Both the position numbers and the translations under genes were made by a program. A stretch of DNA of 62,962 nt, counting the filler, from Reticulomyxa filosa (Eukaryota; Protista; Foraminifera): the NCBI GenBank assembly GCA_000512085.1. It is 16 parts of 16 records of this genome, joined end to end, with 100 filler letters (N's around TTAATTAATTAA, not from the genome) between each part and the next. Parts side by side here need not be neighbours in the genome. Positions count along the whole stretch, not along the records: positions 31,170 to 38,937 come from ASPP01008567.1; positions 39,038 to 41,320 come from ASPP01028617.1; positions 41,421 to 44,513 come from ASPP01007246.1; positions 44,614 to 47,093 come from ASPP01008444.1; positions 47,194 to 49,423 come from ASPP01013714.1; 11 more parts are not named here. One strand, written 5' to 3'. Within the stretch, counting starts at the first letter, position 1, and each line of letters starts with the position of its first letter. This document shows, in pieces, positions 37,390 through 49,523 of this stretch. The notes beneath the pieces were generated by a model. That model was not told the DNA's origin, searched no databases, and saw only the letters and a list, made by a program, of their open reading frames with translations.

Positions 37390-38582
37390 ATGGCAACAAA
37401 AAGAACAACTACAGATGGAAGCACCTCAATAAATCCATCCAAGCTTCGTCGTGTCGTGAAAGCCTCTTCAGGTACTAATGGGAGACTAGCCTACGATGTG
37501 TGAGCCCATTTTGCAGCTTAAAAAAAAGGGATATGTTCCGTGTCTGTATGATTTTCAAAAGATCTAGCAAGTGTTCATCGAATAATCCGATTTATTCCAG
37601 CAAGCACTGGGAACTCGGAGAGGAAAGAAAAAGACGACTTGCAAACAAGTGATGGACTGTTCGGATACCTATCTTCAACAGATCCAGTACCTGGGATAGG
37701 TGACTCAGTAAAACTATTGAGCTGCACAAATGTATTTGATCAGTCCACGTGGAGTGTCAGCACGTCGACAGAAAAGATAGGAAAGCTTTTGAGCCCGATA
37801 ATGCCCTTTGATATCTTTTGCGTGGGACTGAACTACAGACAACACGCAAAGGAATCAAACATGAGTATACCAAACAAACCCGTCATCTTTATGAAGCCGA
37901 GAAGTAGTATTTGTCATCCTTTGGATCCGATACTTGTTCCCAAAGTGTGTGACAAAGCTGAAGTGGATTACGAAGTCGAATTAGTCATTGTCATTGGCAA
38001 ACTATGCAAAAATGTCTCTGAATCGGAGGCCTTGCAATATGTTTTCGGTATTATATGTGTATACATATATAGTGTGTACTTTTTTTTTTTGACGCGCCAA
38101 TTCTTTCATACCCTTATTACTTTCCTTTAATTCGATGTACTGTAGGCTATACTGTTGCCAATGATGTGTCGGCTCGGAAATGGCAACTCGATCCAAAACT
38201 GTCTGGTGGACAATGGATTCGTGGGAAATCATTTGACACGTTTACTCCATTGGGACCATGTATATTGGTCAATAACCAAACTGTCACAACGGCATTGGAT
38301 CCAAATAACTTGAAACTGTGGACTTTCCTCAATGATGTCAAAGTGCAATCCTCTAGCACTAACGACTTAATTTTTAATGTTCAATCACTCGTTTCTTTTC
38401 TCTCACAAAGCACAACCTTATATCCTGGTGCTATCATTTTGACGGGAACGCCACAAGGAGTTGGCTTTGCCAGGAAACCTCCTTTATTTTTGAAACATGG
38501 AGATACTGTCAAAGTTGGGGTGGAACACATCGGGGAGTTAGTTAATCCTGTAAAAGATGAGGTTACCACATCCAATTTGTAA
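37390..38582 (+). CDS. Fumarylacetoacetate hydrolase family protein (FAHD2-like)
   Basis: IFCVGLNYRQHAKE, PVIFMK, VDYEVEL, GYTVANDVSAR across intron 38048-38146, GKSFDTFTPLGP, IILTGTPQGVG. Confidence 0.93.
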
Positions 38583-39037
38583 TTACTGTACTTTTTTCTT
38601 TTTAATTTCACATTATATGCCACTACACTATTCAAACTTGTTCCTTTTCTCTTGCTATGATTCGTCTCGCGTTACACTTTGTTGAGATGCTATTCCGTGA
38701 TTTTTATTTTTTAGATTTTTAAATAAAATTTACAAGATCCAAGTTTTTAAAAATAGGAGGACAAAATACCTCTAATGCACCAAAGATAATGAACAGTTGT
38801 AACATGTTGTTTATAGCCATTTCATCGAAAACCTATATACCTTGAAAAAAGAGCAGAAAAAAACAGCTAACAGCTTCGTTTATGTTGTGTTTTTCTAGTC
38901 ATATTTTCTCTTTGTGGCCCGATTTTTAAAAAAATAGNNNNNNNNNNNNNNNNNNNNNNNNNNNNNNNNNNNNNNNNNNNNTTAATTAATTAANNNNNNN
39001 NNNNNNNNNNNNNNNNNNNNNNNNNNNNNNNNNNNNN

Positions 39038-39170
39038 ATATTTAAAAACTACAAGACTTGTAGATATTTTTTTAAAAAAAAATTAGGTCTGAATGTTGAT
39101 TTTTCATTGAGAAAATCAATTATCATCATAATATATGTTTTAGGCGTTCAGTTTTCTTTGCAACCTACTG
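39038..39170. mobile_element. Right arm of MITE (subfamily C), cut by contig start
   Basis: ...TTTTAGGCGTTCAGTTTTCTTTGCAACCTACTG|TA, inverted copy of 9684-9820. Confidence 0.75.
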
Positions 39171-39814
39171 TATGTTTATAAAATAATAATATTTTTTCCT
39201 TCATTTTCATTGATTCTTGTGAATTACATTTGTTTAAATTTATTAAACATGATATTTTACCTAAGTAATTAAGACAAAAAAGATCATTTTCCTCAAAAAT
39301 TAATTTTCCAATTACTATTTTTCAATGATAAGACAGTCACATGAATAACAATTATTAGTCCTTTTCATATTTGTAAAATGAGTCTATTTAACATTAAATA
39401 ATGGATAAAACTAGTATCATTACACAATTGATAAGATCAAAATACTTTAACAAACTAGTCATTAAACATTAAATCTTTTTGAATAAATTATAAAAAATCC
39501 TTTGAAATTCTCTAATGGGAATTAAATTTTGTGCTACAAGTGATACTGACATATTTAAAATCACATAATTTGTGGACATTTTAAAAGCTTAGATTAGGTA
39601 TCTGGAAATCGATTAACTCTGAATCAAGATTACTGTATTTGCCAAATTGTAGGTTACAAATGAAAAACAATTATAATAACCATCAACTATTGTTAGTTGA
39701 TTAAAGAATAGTGACGAATAAAATGCAGAACATTGTTTGAACGAGAGTTGTTTTTTTTTCATCGTTTTTGAAAGTTTTCAGCTTCAGAAAAATCAAAAAA
39801 AGCAAAAGAAAGCA

Positions 39815-41320
39815 ATGAGTTCTTCTTTAAGTCGAATGGGACAGCAATTGCGTTGTCCTTTTATGAATCAAATGAAACAAGTCAATGTTGATTCATTACC
39901 TTTTCTCGCGAAGAATTTTGAGCATTTGTGTCCTTTCTTAAAGTTGGGTCAATTAATGTACAGTTTTTGTTTTTTTTTTTGCCAGAAAGTGGGTCTTTTT
40001 TTTTTCTTCTTTGAAAAAAGTGTAATAAAAGAAATTGAGACAACAAAATACTAATAATAAAAGGAAAGTACAAGGTCAATTCGTGGCTGGTGAAAACGGT
40101 TCATCGATCCAAGCATTATTGCAAAACCAGGCCTGTCCTGTGGAAAGTTTTGATTGTGGGAGGACAGGGAGGGGAGGGGAGGGGGGGGGGGGGGAGACAA
40201 TAAAAAAAAAGAATTATTTTTGTGCATGTGTTCGTAATAGAATTGAATAGCGGGACAGGGACCCCTTTTTTTTTTAAATAAATAAATAAACAAATAGATT
40301 GTTGTTTGGTGCAAGCAATAAATGGAAAGAACGAACAACAGAAAATGGAAATGCAAAGCTGTCCAATACAACAACAACAACAAATGAATGATGGAAGTAA
40401 AAACAGCAATGACATTGAAAATGATGACGTGCCAAAATTGGTAGAAAATGGTCAAATGAAAGCATTGCATGTAAACGCAACACCGGAAAAAGTGAATGAA
40501 TTATTGGACGAGAAAATAAAGCATTTGAAAAAGAATGGCAATTATCGCGAGTTTATATCAGTGGAAAGACAATGTGGGAATTTTCCAAAAGCGTATCGTC
40601 ATAAAAGTAAAAAGTTATACGAAAGTTCGCATCCGGCATCGGAAGTGGTTGAGACGGAGATGACAGAATTAATGGAATCATCATTGCCATTATCATCATC
40701 GTCATCATCATCGCCATTATTATCATTATTGTCATTTGAAAATGTAAATGAACCAATTTCTTCTTCTTCTCCTCCTTCTCCTTTACCATTAAAAAATAAA
40801 AAAAAAGAAGAAATAACCGTATGGTGCAATAATGATTATTTAAATATGGGCGAGCATCCTGTTGTGATGGAAGCCATGATTGACACGATCCGACGATCAG
40901 GAACAGGTGCTGGTGGAACTCGTAACATTAGTGGAACCAGTGAAGACATTAGCAATTTGGAAAAAGAATTGGCCGACTTGCACGATAAAGAAGCCGCATT
41001 AGTGTTTTCCAGCGGTTATGTGGCCAATGATACCACTTTAACTACACTGTGCGGAACGCTGCTGTCCAAATCGAATCTCCCTTGTCATATCATTAGTGAC
41101 GCATGTAATCATGCTTCCATGGTCCAAGGCATTCGAAATGCTCGTGTTCCCAAACATGTGTGGAGACATAATGACTTGGATCACTTGAAAGAAATTTTAA
41201 GTAGTATTCCTTTTGATGCTCCCAAAGTCATTGCATTTGAATCAGTGTATTCCATGGATGGTGATATTGCTCCAATTGAAAAAATTTGTGACTTAGCGGA
41301 GGAATATCATGCAATTACCT
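39815..41320 (+). CDS. ALAS: 5-aminolevulinate synthase (mitochondrial), 3'-partial, 3 exons
   Basis: WCNNDYLNM, GAGGTRNISG, FSSGYVANDTTL, SDACNHASM, FESVYSMDGD; N-terminal presequence with CP motifs. Confidence 0.95.
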
Positions 41321-41491
41321 NNNNNNNNNNNNNNNNNNNNNNNNNNNNNNNNNNNNNNNNNNNNTTAATTAATTAANNNNNNNNNNNNNNNNNNNNNNNN
41401 NNNNNNNNNNNNNNNNNNNNAAAAAAAAATGAACCCATTATTTTTTTTTTGTTGAAGTTGGTCCCTCTTTTCCTTTTTTTTTTAAAAAAAG

Positions 41492-42491
41492 ACAAATGTT
41501 TTCGTTAAAATAGACTTTGGATTGTGCCGTAAAATGTTGCCGAATAACAAACCATTTGGGGCGGCATTCATGCCTCCTGGCAAAAAAGCGTACATGGCGC
41601 CTGAGGTGTACAATAACTCGCCGTTTTTCGGTAATAAAGCGGACGTATTTTCGTTGGGAGTAATATTTTTTATTTTGTTTTGCGGCTTTCCTCCTTTTGG
41701 AAAGCCCTGCTTGACTGACCCTTGCTTTCGCAACATTTACGAAAAAGATATAAGCGTGTTATTAGAGAAATGGCAGCTGACTCATGCAATATCTCCTCAA
41801 TGCGCTGATATGCTGAACAAAATATTTGTTCCCGATGTCAAACGTGTGAACACGCAAGAGCTGTTGGCTCATCCATTTTGGGCTGGAGTACAGCCGAGTG
41901 ATGTCAATGTACACGTCACATCCGAAATGGAAATGAAGGATGAACTTGAACACGGCCGACATGTTGTAATGCAACCACAAAATATTGCCGATACTGACGA
42001 CGGCTCAAATGTTGGCAATGTCACTTCGGACGAAAGCGAACTGAAACCGATGGAAAATAACACAGGCACTTGTCAGGACCAAAATGAGTCGAAATTTGAA
42101 AATGAAAACAGAAATGAAGGTACACAAAAATACAGTTTGCAACCTGATTTTTTACATAATACATGCAACGTCTTTTTTTAAAAAAAAGTGCTTGATAAAA
42201 AGGACCCTGACGTATCAATACCAATTGTATGGGTATTTTTTTCTTTCCTTTTTTTTGGGGGAATTAGTTGACATAGACTATTCATTAGATGTCCAGACTG
42301 TGAACTTAGATTTTCAGTCTTTGAATTTGGACTTTCAATACTCGAAAAGAAGCGATACGGTATTGCAAATGGAGTCGTGTGAGATCCGAAAGCGTAACTT
42401 TGCTTGTGACAATGAGGACGATGGTGATACTGCAGAGGAAAATATCCTAGATGGGATTTGGAATTTGGAAGGTCAAAGTGATAATGAATGA
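41492..42491 (+). CDS. Ser/Thr protein kinase, C-lobe and acidic tail (5'-partial, CAMK-like)
   Basis: IDFGL, GKKAYMAPEV, KADVFSLGVIFFILFCGFPPF, ELLAHPF; probable intron ~42170-42267. Confidence 0.9.
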
Positions 42492-43762
42492 GTACCAGTT
42501 CTTACTTTCCTTTAATGCACAATTACCATCTAATTCAAAAACGCTTTTTTTTTTTGTGCTCTAAAATATGGGATGGCTTATGCCGCTTTATTCGATTAAA
42601 AATACCTGGTTTGAAACTATGGGAAGGAACCGTGGTTTTGGTTGAGTTGCACTGATATTTGTTTTTCTCTCGTTGAGGCCGGAATGCTGTGGTTTTCTAA
42701 AATTTTGTTGTTTCTAAAATACACGGTTTTGACGCATTATTTTGTTTGAAGAACGAGAATTGCCTTTGCTTGTTTGTCCTTTCGATGACAAGTCCAAAGT
42801 CCAGCGAACCACATTTTTTTGTTCCTAAGTAATCCTTATTTAAAAACTTATTTCAATTACTATCTAACTTTTGATTTTTGAACTCCTTTTGACAAAAAAA
42901 TTTCGGAGTTCTTTAGCATCGTTGCAAAAAACCAATAAAATCAATTTTTAAATACTACCAATTTTTTTGGTGTAATTTGACCACTAGAGAAGAAATAGTA
43001 CCAAAATGAACATAAATATTCCAATTTTTTATTAAACAATATCGCTTATATGTACTTACAGATTAAATATTTGTTTGATTCTAAAAGTGTAGAAAATCAC
43101 ATCGATAAAAGCATCAATGGATTGTATGAAGGACAAAACGTTGAATAACCATGCGCTATCACAGCATAGAAACAAAAAAACCAATATAGACATATAATTA
43201 GAGTGACTACTTTTAAGGCAAATTTTTTTTTTTGCACGTTTTAAAATAGTGACCCTTCCTTAAAAAACATTCTTCTATTTATTTCCGGGATATAACAAAT
43301 TGTAAAAAGAACATTGCAAACCAGAAAGAAAGGAAGGGCCTTGTGTTATAACATAGAGTAAAAAATGCATATGAGAGAAGAGTTATTTTCTTGACAAAAA
43401 TAATTTTAAAAAAATTACAATAATAATAACAACAATATGTACAACAATCGTCGCAATGTCACACGACTGAATTGTTGTTCTAGTTCTTTTATTGAGCCCC
43501 TACCCTACTTACTCCCAAGATTTGTGTCACCAATAATTGGCAATAAACACTCTCTTTGTATATTTACTAAACCTTGTAGCAAATTTGAAAAAAAAAATTT
43601 GTCATGGCGTTTTTTTAAAAAATGCCACGCTTCCTGCAACAAAGGAAAAAAAAGAACGCACTCAAAGATACAAACATCGCACAGGGGGAGAGGGGAGGAA
43701 GATACACACAGACACACATGTACGCAAAGAGCCAAAAACGTACAAAACAAAGAAAAAAAAGC

Positions 43763-44513
43763 TCAATCGCCTTCGACAGCATTTCTTCGGGATTGAAGCT
43801 TAGACTTTGTCTTTGTTGGATTGTGATTTGTGGTGCGTTGGGAAACGTTGATATCTTGCGAAAAGTGCAAAGCGCTCGAATTGTCATCCTCTTCGAGATG
43901 GCCATCGTTGTTTCCATTGTAATAGTTGTAGCTTTGATAGTTTGCATTACCTGATCTCTGATTCAACTTATTACCCTTTTTCAATTGGTTGTATTTGGCC
44001 AGAGTACTGGATGCCGAAGTGGATCCCAACCCTTTGGCAGTGTAGTTATTCATATTTGTATTTGTGCTTGTATTGTTACCATTATTATTATTGATAGTAG
44101 TGGCATTGTTATTAGTATTTGGACCTTTGAAATTAGACGACACTGGCACGGAAGGTTTCTCCGAAATGGAATGTATGTTGTCATTATTATCTTGGTCAAT
44201 GTCGTTGTCCTCGTCTCGATTTCTATGTTTTTGTTTGTTTCGACTTCTATGTTTACCTTTCTCTTTTTCTTTTTCTTTTTCTTTTTCTTTTTCTTTCTCC
44301 TTTTCTTTTTCTTTTTCTTTTTCTTTACTTTCTCTGGGGGAATTTGCTTCACTGTCATGCCCTCTTTTTTTATGCTTCTTTTTTTTGGACATCGTCCTCT
44401 CGAGTGCCAGTGCCGAAGGATTGTCCTTTTCATTGTTTCCTTGCCGCGTTTGAACTTGTGATTGGGGTTGGGGTTGAGGTTGAAGTTGAGGTTGAGGTTG
44501 AGGTTGAGGTTGA
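43763..44513 (-). CDS. Low-complexity C-terminal part of a hypothetical protein (QP, KE and N-rich tracts)
   Basis: Open frame from the contig edge: QPQPQP...MSKKKKHKK...(KE)n...RRNAVEGD*. Confidence 0.55.
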
Positions 44514-44769
44514 NNNNNNNNNNNNNNNNNNNNNNNNNNNNNNNNNNNNNNNNNNNNTTAATTAATTAANNNNNNNNNNNNNNNNNNNNNNNNNNNNNNN
44601 NNNNNNNNNNNNNCATACATATATACATATATATGCATATATATATATATATGTATGTATATGTAAGAGAAATAATATTATAGCATCATGTATATTATAA
44701 TATACATAATGCTATAATATTATATATATATACATATATATATATATTTTTTTTTTATAACCAACCTCG

Positions 44770-45538
44770 AATACATTTTTCTTTTTCTTTTTTTCCATCA
44801 GTTCCTCTTGCTTTTCCACTTGCCTCGCGGCCGCGGCTGACAGCAAAGCCACACCCACATGGGCCTGTTTCAAAGCGCCGACGTCGTTGGTACCGTCTCC
44901 GCACATGAGCGTAGTGATGCCTTGCTTTTTCATGGTGGACAAGATGAACTCCTTTTGCACGGGTGAGGTGCGTGCGTATACGCGGGTGGCCAGAACGAGT
45001 CGATCCAACACCGGCTCGGGCAATCGTTGGCTGTCGGCCAGATCTTTCAAGTGTTTCAATGCCTGTCCACTCAAGCACAAGTCGTATTGCTCGATGGTCT
45101 TCAGCACATGTTCCACTGATTGCAAGTTGATCACAATGCCTTGATCTTCGTCCAAGTCCAGGTTGTACCACTTCCACGCCTCGATCGAAGAGGAGGACGC
45201 TTCTCGTTTTTGTTCTTGTTCTTGTTCTTGTTCTTGTTCCTGTTCCTGTTCCTGTCCTTGACGACATTCCAAGGACAAAATAGGCTTGGTCGCAATTGTG
45301 AGATCTCTGGCCACAGCGCAGGCAGTGAGCACGTGATCTCCGGTGATCATGACGACGGCATGTGACGACGCCTTCAGTTGGACGATGCAGTCTTTGGAAT
45401 CGGGTTTGTGTGGACACGCAAATATCAGAAAGCCTGCAAACACCAAGTCTTTTTCAAAGTGGTCGCGACTTAATGACTTTAAATATTTTTTGTTTTTCAA
45501 TTGATTGATACTCATATTTTCATGATTCGTTTCATTGC

Positions 45539-45574
<36 letters not shown>

Positions 45575-47060
45575 CATTATTGTTATTGTTATTGTCATCT
45601 GCTTCGTTCAATCCTTTCCATGCTAATGCCAACACTCGAAAGCCTTGACGACTAAAGTAGCGATGAACCAAGTCGTAGTTGACAGGTCTTTCTCGCAGTC
45701 GACTGCCAATAGTCTCGGCCGCACCTTTGACAATGGCGCGAAACAGCAAAGGCTTATTTTTGCGCTTGACGCTGACGATGCATGACATTCGCTTCAACGC
45801 CGACAAAAACGGAAAGCGGTGCCAAATCTTCACTTCTATTTCCTCGTGCAGTTTGTTACTTACGTTTGATACTCCACCGGCGGCGGTGGCCCCCAGTTTT
45901 GGTGTCACCGTCCCATTGATTTGCAAGTCCCATCCCATTGTCTAGTCATTTGGCCAATATTGAAACAACTTTTGAAACAATTTATACACATACAAATGAA
46001 TAAATAATAAAACAAAACTTGCAAAGCAGATTTCTCTAAAGGATCTCCAATGATTTGGTCTTCAAAACACACCAAGGAATGACAACCTGCAATAATGACA
46101 GCCACGTCAAACGAAAACTTGGTCGCATTGGCGACAAGCAACTCACTCAACTCCACGCCTCCGTCCATCTTGCCGACGCCGGTCTCGCCTTTATCTTTCT
46201 TCAGCTCATACGTCGACTTTGTCTGCGTTGGCGCTTTCAGACGGTTCACAATCTGTTGATTCAAGTTCAATTTCGTGCAGCCGACCACTTGAAACGAGTC
46301 CGATGTCAATGTACCAGTCTTGTCGAAGCATGCAACTTCAACCGCTCCTGTTTGTCATTTTATGTATGCACATCATATACACCTATATATATATATATAT
46401 ATATGTATATACATGTATGTGTATATGTTTGTAATAACCTGCAAAAGGAACTCGAAATGCTTCGGTGCAAAATATTTTTTGTTTATGTAATTTGATCAAC
46501 GAATTGTTAACGGCCAATGACAATTCCATTGGCAACTCGGGTGGTACAACGGATGTGATGATCATTATGCAGTTCAATGCCAATTTGTACATGCTTCTTG
46601 TTTCATCCTTTTTTTTTTTGGTGAAATGTTATTTAAAGGATAATAATAATAATAATAATAATAAATAATGAAAGAACGAAACTTGCAACCCCCAATACAA
46701 AACATAACCAGCGGCCATTAATGCAAAACACAACAAAATGCTAATAAAGACAAACGCCTCAGGATTGTTGACAGTGACCCTCGACGTGGAGAACAAAATG
46801 GTTCGAAGCAGCTCGCCTTGTCCAGTGTGATAGCCGGTCTGCAGCACAAAGCCGATGGAGCCGTTGTCCGGAGGACAAGGCAACTCGGTGCTCTTGTCGT
46901 CGTCCTTGTCTTCATTCGATTTGCGCTTGTTGTCGTCGCTACGTTCCTGCTCTCTCTCGTTTTCATTTTCGAAATGGGACACCACGATCTTTGTGCCTCC
47001 GCTGATGAGCGATATTTTATGTGTTCCCTTTAAATCGAGTATCTCTGATTTATGTACCAT
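44770..47060 (-). CDS. ATP13A1: P5A-type P-ATPase (ATP13A1/Spf1), internal multi-exon fragment
   Basis: [29 protein letters not shown] (P5A signature), [38 protein letters not shown]. Confidence 0.95.
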
Positions 47061-47242
47061 TTTTTTTTTTTTTTTGAAATTTTTAAGAAAGAGNNNNNNN
47101 NNNNNNNNNNNNNNNNNNNNNNNNNNNNNNNNNNNNNTTAATTAATTAANNNNNNNNNNNNNNNNNNNNNNNNNNNNNNNNNNNNNNNNNNNNAAAAAAA
47201 AAAAAAAAAAAAGGGGGAAAAAAAAAAAAAAAAAAAAGTAAA

Positions 47243-47900
47243 TTACGTTACCACCACAATATCAACATCTTTTTCGCTTGCATTGAATCGGATTTGATAT
47301 CGAAATAAACTGGCTGTGTTTTTTTTCACAATTAATTGATCCAGTTGTGCTCCTTCACACATTCCCGCCTCGAGCAAGCTCAAAGAACAGCATATGTGCC
47401 GTTTATCATTGTATTTCGTTCCTATCACATCATCCGCGTTTGGCACCACGATCAACTCCAATGATGATTCCGTGTTGTACTCTTTCCTGTGGACACGTAC
47501 TACACAAATACACAACTTTTTGTTTGTGTGTTTTAACACTTGTATGATGCTGTGTACTTATTGAATCATTTTTTTTTTTTCCCCCCCCTCAATTCAGTTC
47601 TCCTCCTTCTGCTTTTACTCTTGTCGTTTTGCTGAAGACTCAACATCGGAACTGAACCTCTGAATACCCGTTTCCTGGAGAGGATGTCGCTGGTGCGTCT
47701 TGTCTCCGGTACATTGCTACTCCATTGAATGCTTGGTATGACAAGGGCTCAATCTGCAAAAGTGTGTCGTTCACATTTTTCATTTTTTGTCAACGTTTTT
47801 GTTCAGTGTTTGTGATATATTCCACTTAAACTCCAGATTGAAAATTGTGAGAAATGATAAGTCCAAAAGCACATGACAGGAAATAAAATGAAAAAATTGA
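47243..47900 (-). CDS. Possible TMEM87/GPR107 (lung seven-TM, GOST) luminal domain, 5' exons
   Basis: IGTKYNDKRHICCSLSLLEAGMCEGAQLDQLIV resembles the IG...ICC..L...G.C....II luminal motif; upstream exon YQAFNGVAMY...GNGYSEVQF; TM region not in contig. Confidence 0.4.
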
Positions 47901-48245
47901 TACTATAAATCCATGCATGATGACGCTCTTTCCCTTTCACATTTACAAGGGCTTCTTAAAAAAACCATATCAAAAAGCTAACGAAAATCGCGAGAATAGA
48001 CCAGTGTTTCAAGTATATTATTAGAATATTGTTACTTTTGCTATACAATTTTTGTGAAACCACTAACAAAAATCGTGAACAAAACGAAAACGTTTTTGTT
48101 TTTGTCTTTACGTGCTTAAGAAAAGCAACAGAAGTCATGGATGTACGTGACCAGCAACGGTCTCACCGTAACAGGGAGACCTACTTTTTGTTTAACGTAG
48201 AGTAAGCAGTGGTTGACAAGGTAAGATTTGACACATTATTCAACA

Positions 48246-49270
48246 ATGCTAAAAATAACTTTGGTGCCAGTAATACTCTTGACCTTTATTTTGGGTAGCA
48301 ATGCTTTGGTTCGAGTTCCTTTGTACAAAAAAAATATTAAGATAACCCAGCTTTCAGACAAGTTAAGTTTCAAGGAAGATTATAAATATTAATATTTAAC
48401 GATAATATATCAACTTTTGAATATGTACAGTACCAATTCAAGGGCCTCCACGATCGCTATTTCGCTGAGCAATTATTACAATTTTCAATGTCAGTAATGA
48501 CCGGACTGCGTTTTGTATGGCATACATACGCTATAAATTTTTTTTTTGATGGAACAGTATAAATCCGTAAATTTTGTTATAGACCATGGCACGATTGGGC
48601 TAGGAACACCACCACAAGAATTTTCAGTACTTTTTGATACTGGAAGTTCTGATTTGTGGGTGATGTCAAAAGGAGTTTCATGTGTTGGTTGTTACAAAGG
48701 CCACACTTACCATACTTATGACCATTCGAAGTCATCAACATACATCGCGAATGGAACGGGATTCGTAGACACGTACGGAAAAGGTTGATTCCGTTTTTTT
48801 TTTTTTTTTTTGGGGAAAGAAGAACGGGGGTGATTGTTTGTGTTTGTGTGTACGTCAGGGAATACAACCGGGTACTTGTCTTCTGATATTCTGACGATGG
48901 GTGATGCTGGTGTCCGCGTGACATTTGGAGAAGTTAAAAGTGTTTATTTTGTCTAAAGAAGAACATTCCATTTGAAGAAGAAACGAAAAAAAAAAACCTA
49001 GGCAACTTCTGTAGTTTCTCCTGGAGCAGGTGACGGCATATTTGGTTTGGCATACCGGACACTAAGCGCGGAGGGTGTGTCACCCCCTTTTTTTGTGTTT
49101 TGGAACCAGGGCCTTTTGGAAAAAAAACTATTTGCCTTTTATTTGCAATCTACAAACACTTCCGATGGTGAGTTATTGTTGGGTGGTATCGACAAGCGAC
49201 ATTACAGTGGTAGCTTGTTCTACACTCCTATCGTAAACAAGGCGTGGTTTGTTGTGAACATGACTCTTGG
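48246..49270 (+). CDS. Pepsin/cathepsin D-like A1 aspartic protease, 3'-partial, multi-exon
   Basis: Signal peptide [20 protein letters not shown], propeptide [59 protein letters not shown]. Confidence 0.93.
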
Positions 49271-49523
49271 TGTCAAGTTTAGTTTGTTTATTTATTTTTA
49301 TTTTTTTTTTTGGAACAACTGGACTGAGAATCGATTAAAGGGAAAAAGAGGAGGAAGAAAAAAAAAAAAAAAAAAAAAAACGAAAATTGTATGAGTTTGT
49401 TTTGTTGAAACAATATGTAATAGNNNNNNNNNNNNNNNNNNNNNNNNNNNNNNNNNNNNNNNNNNNNTTAATTAATTAANNNNNNNNNNNNNNNNNNNNN
49501 NNNNNNNNNNNNNNNNNNNNNNN

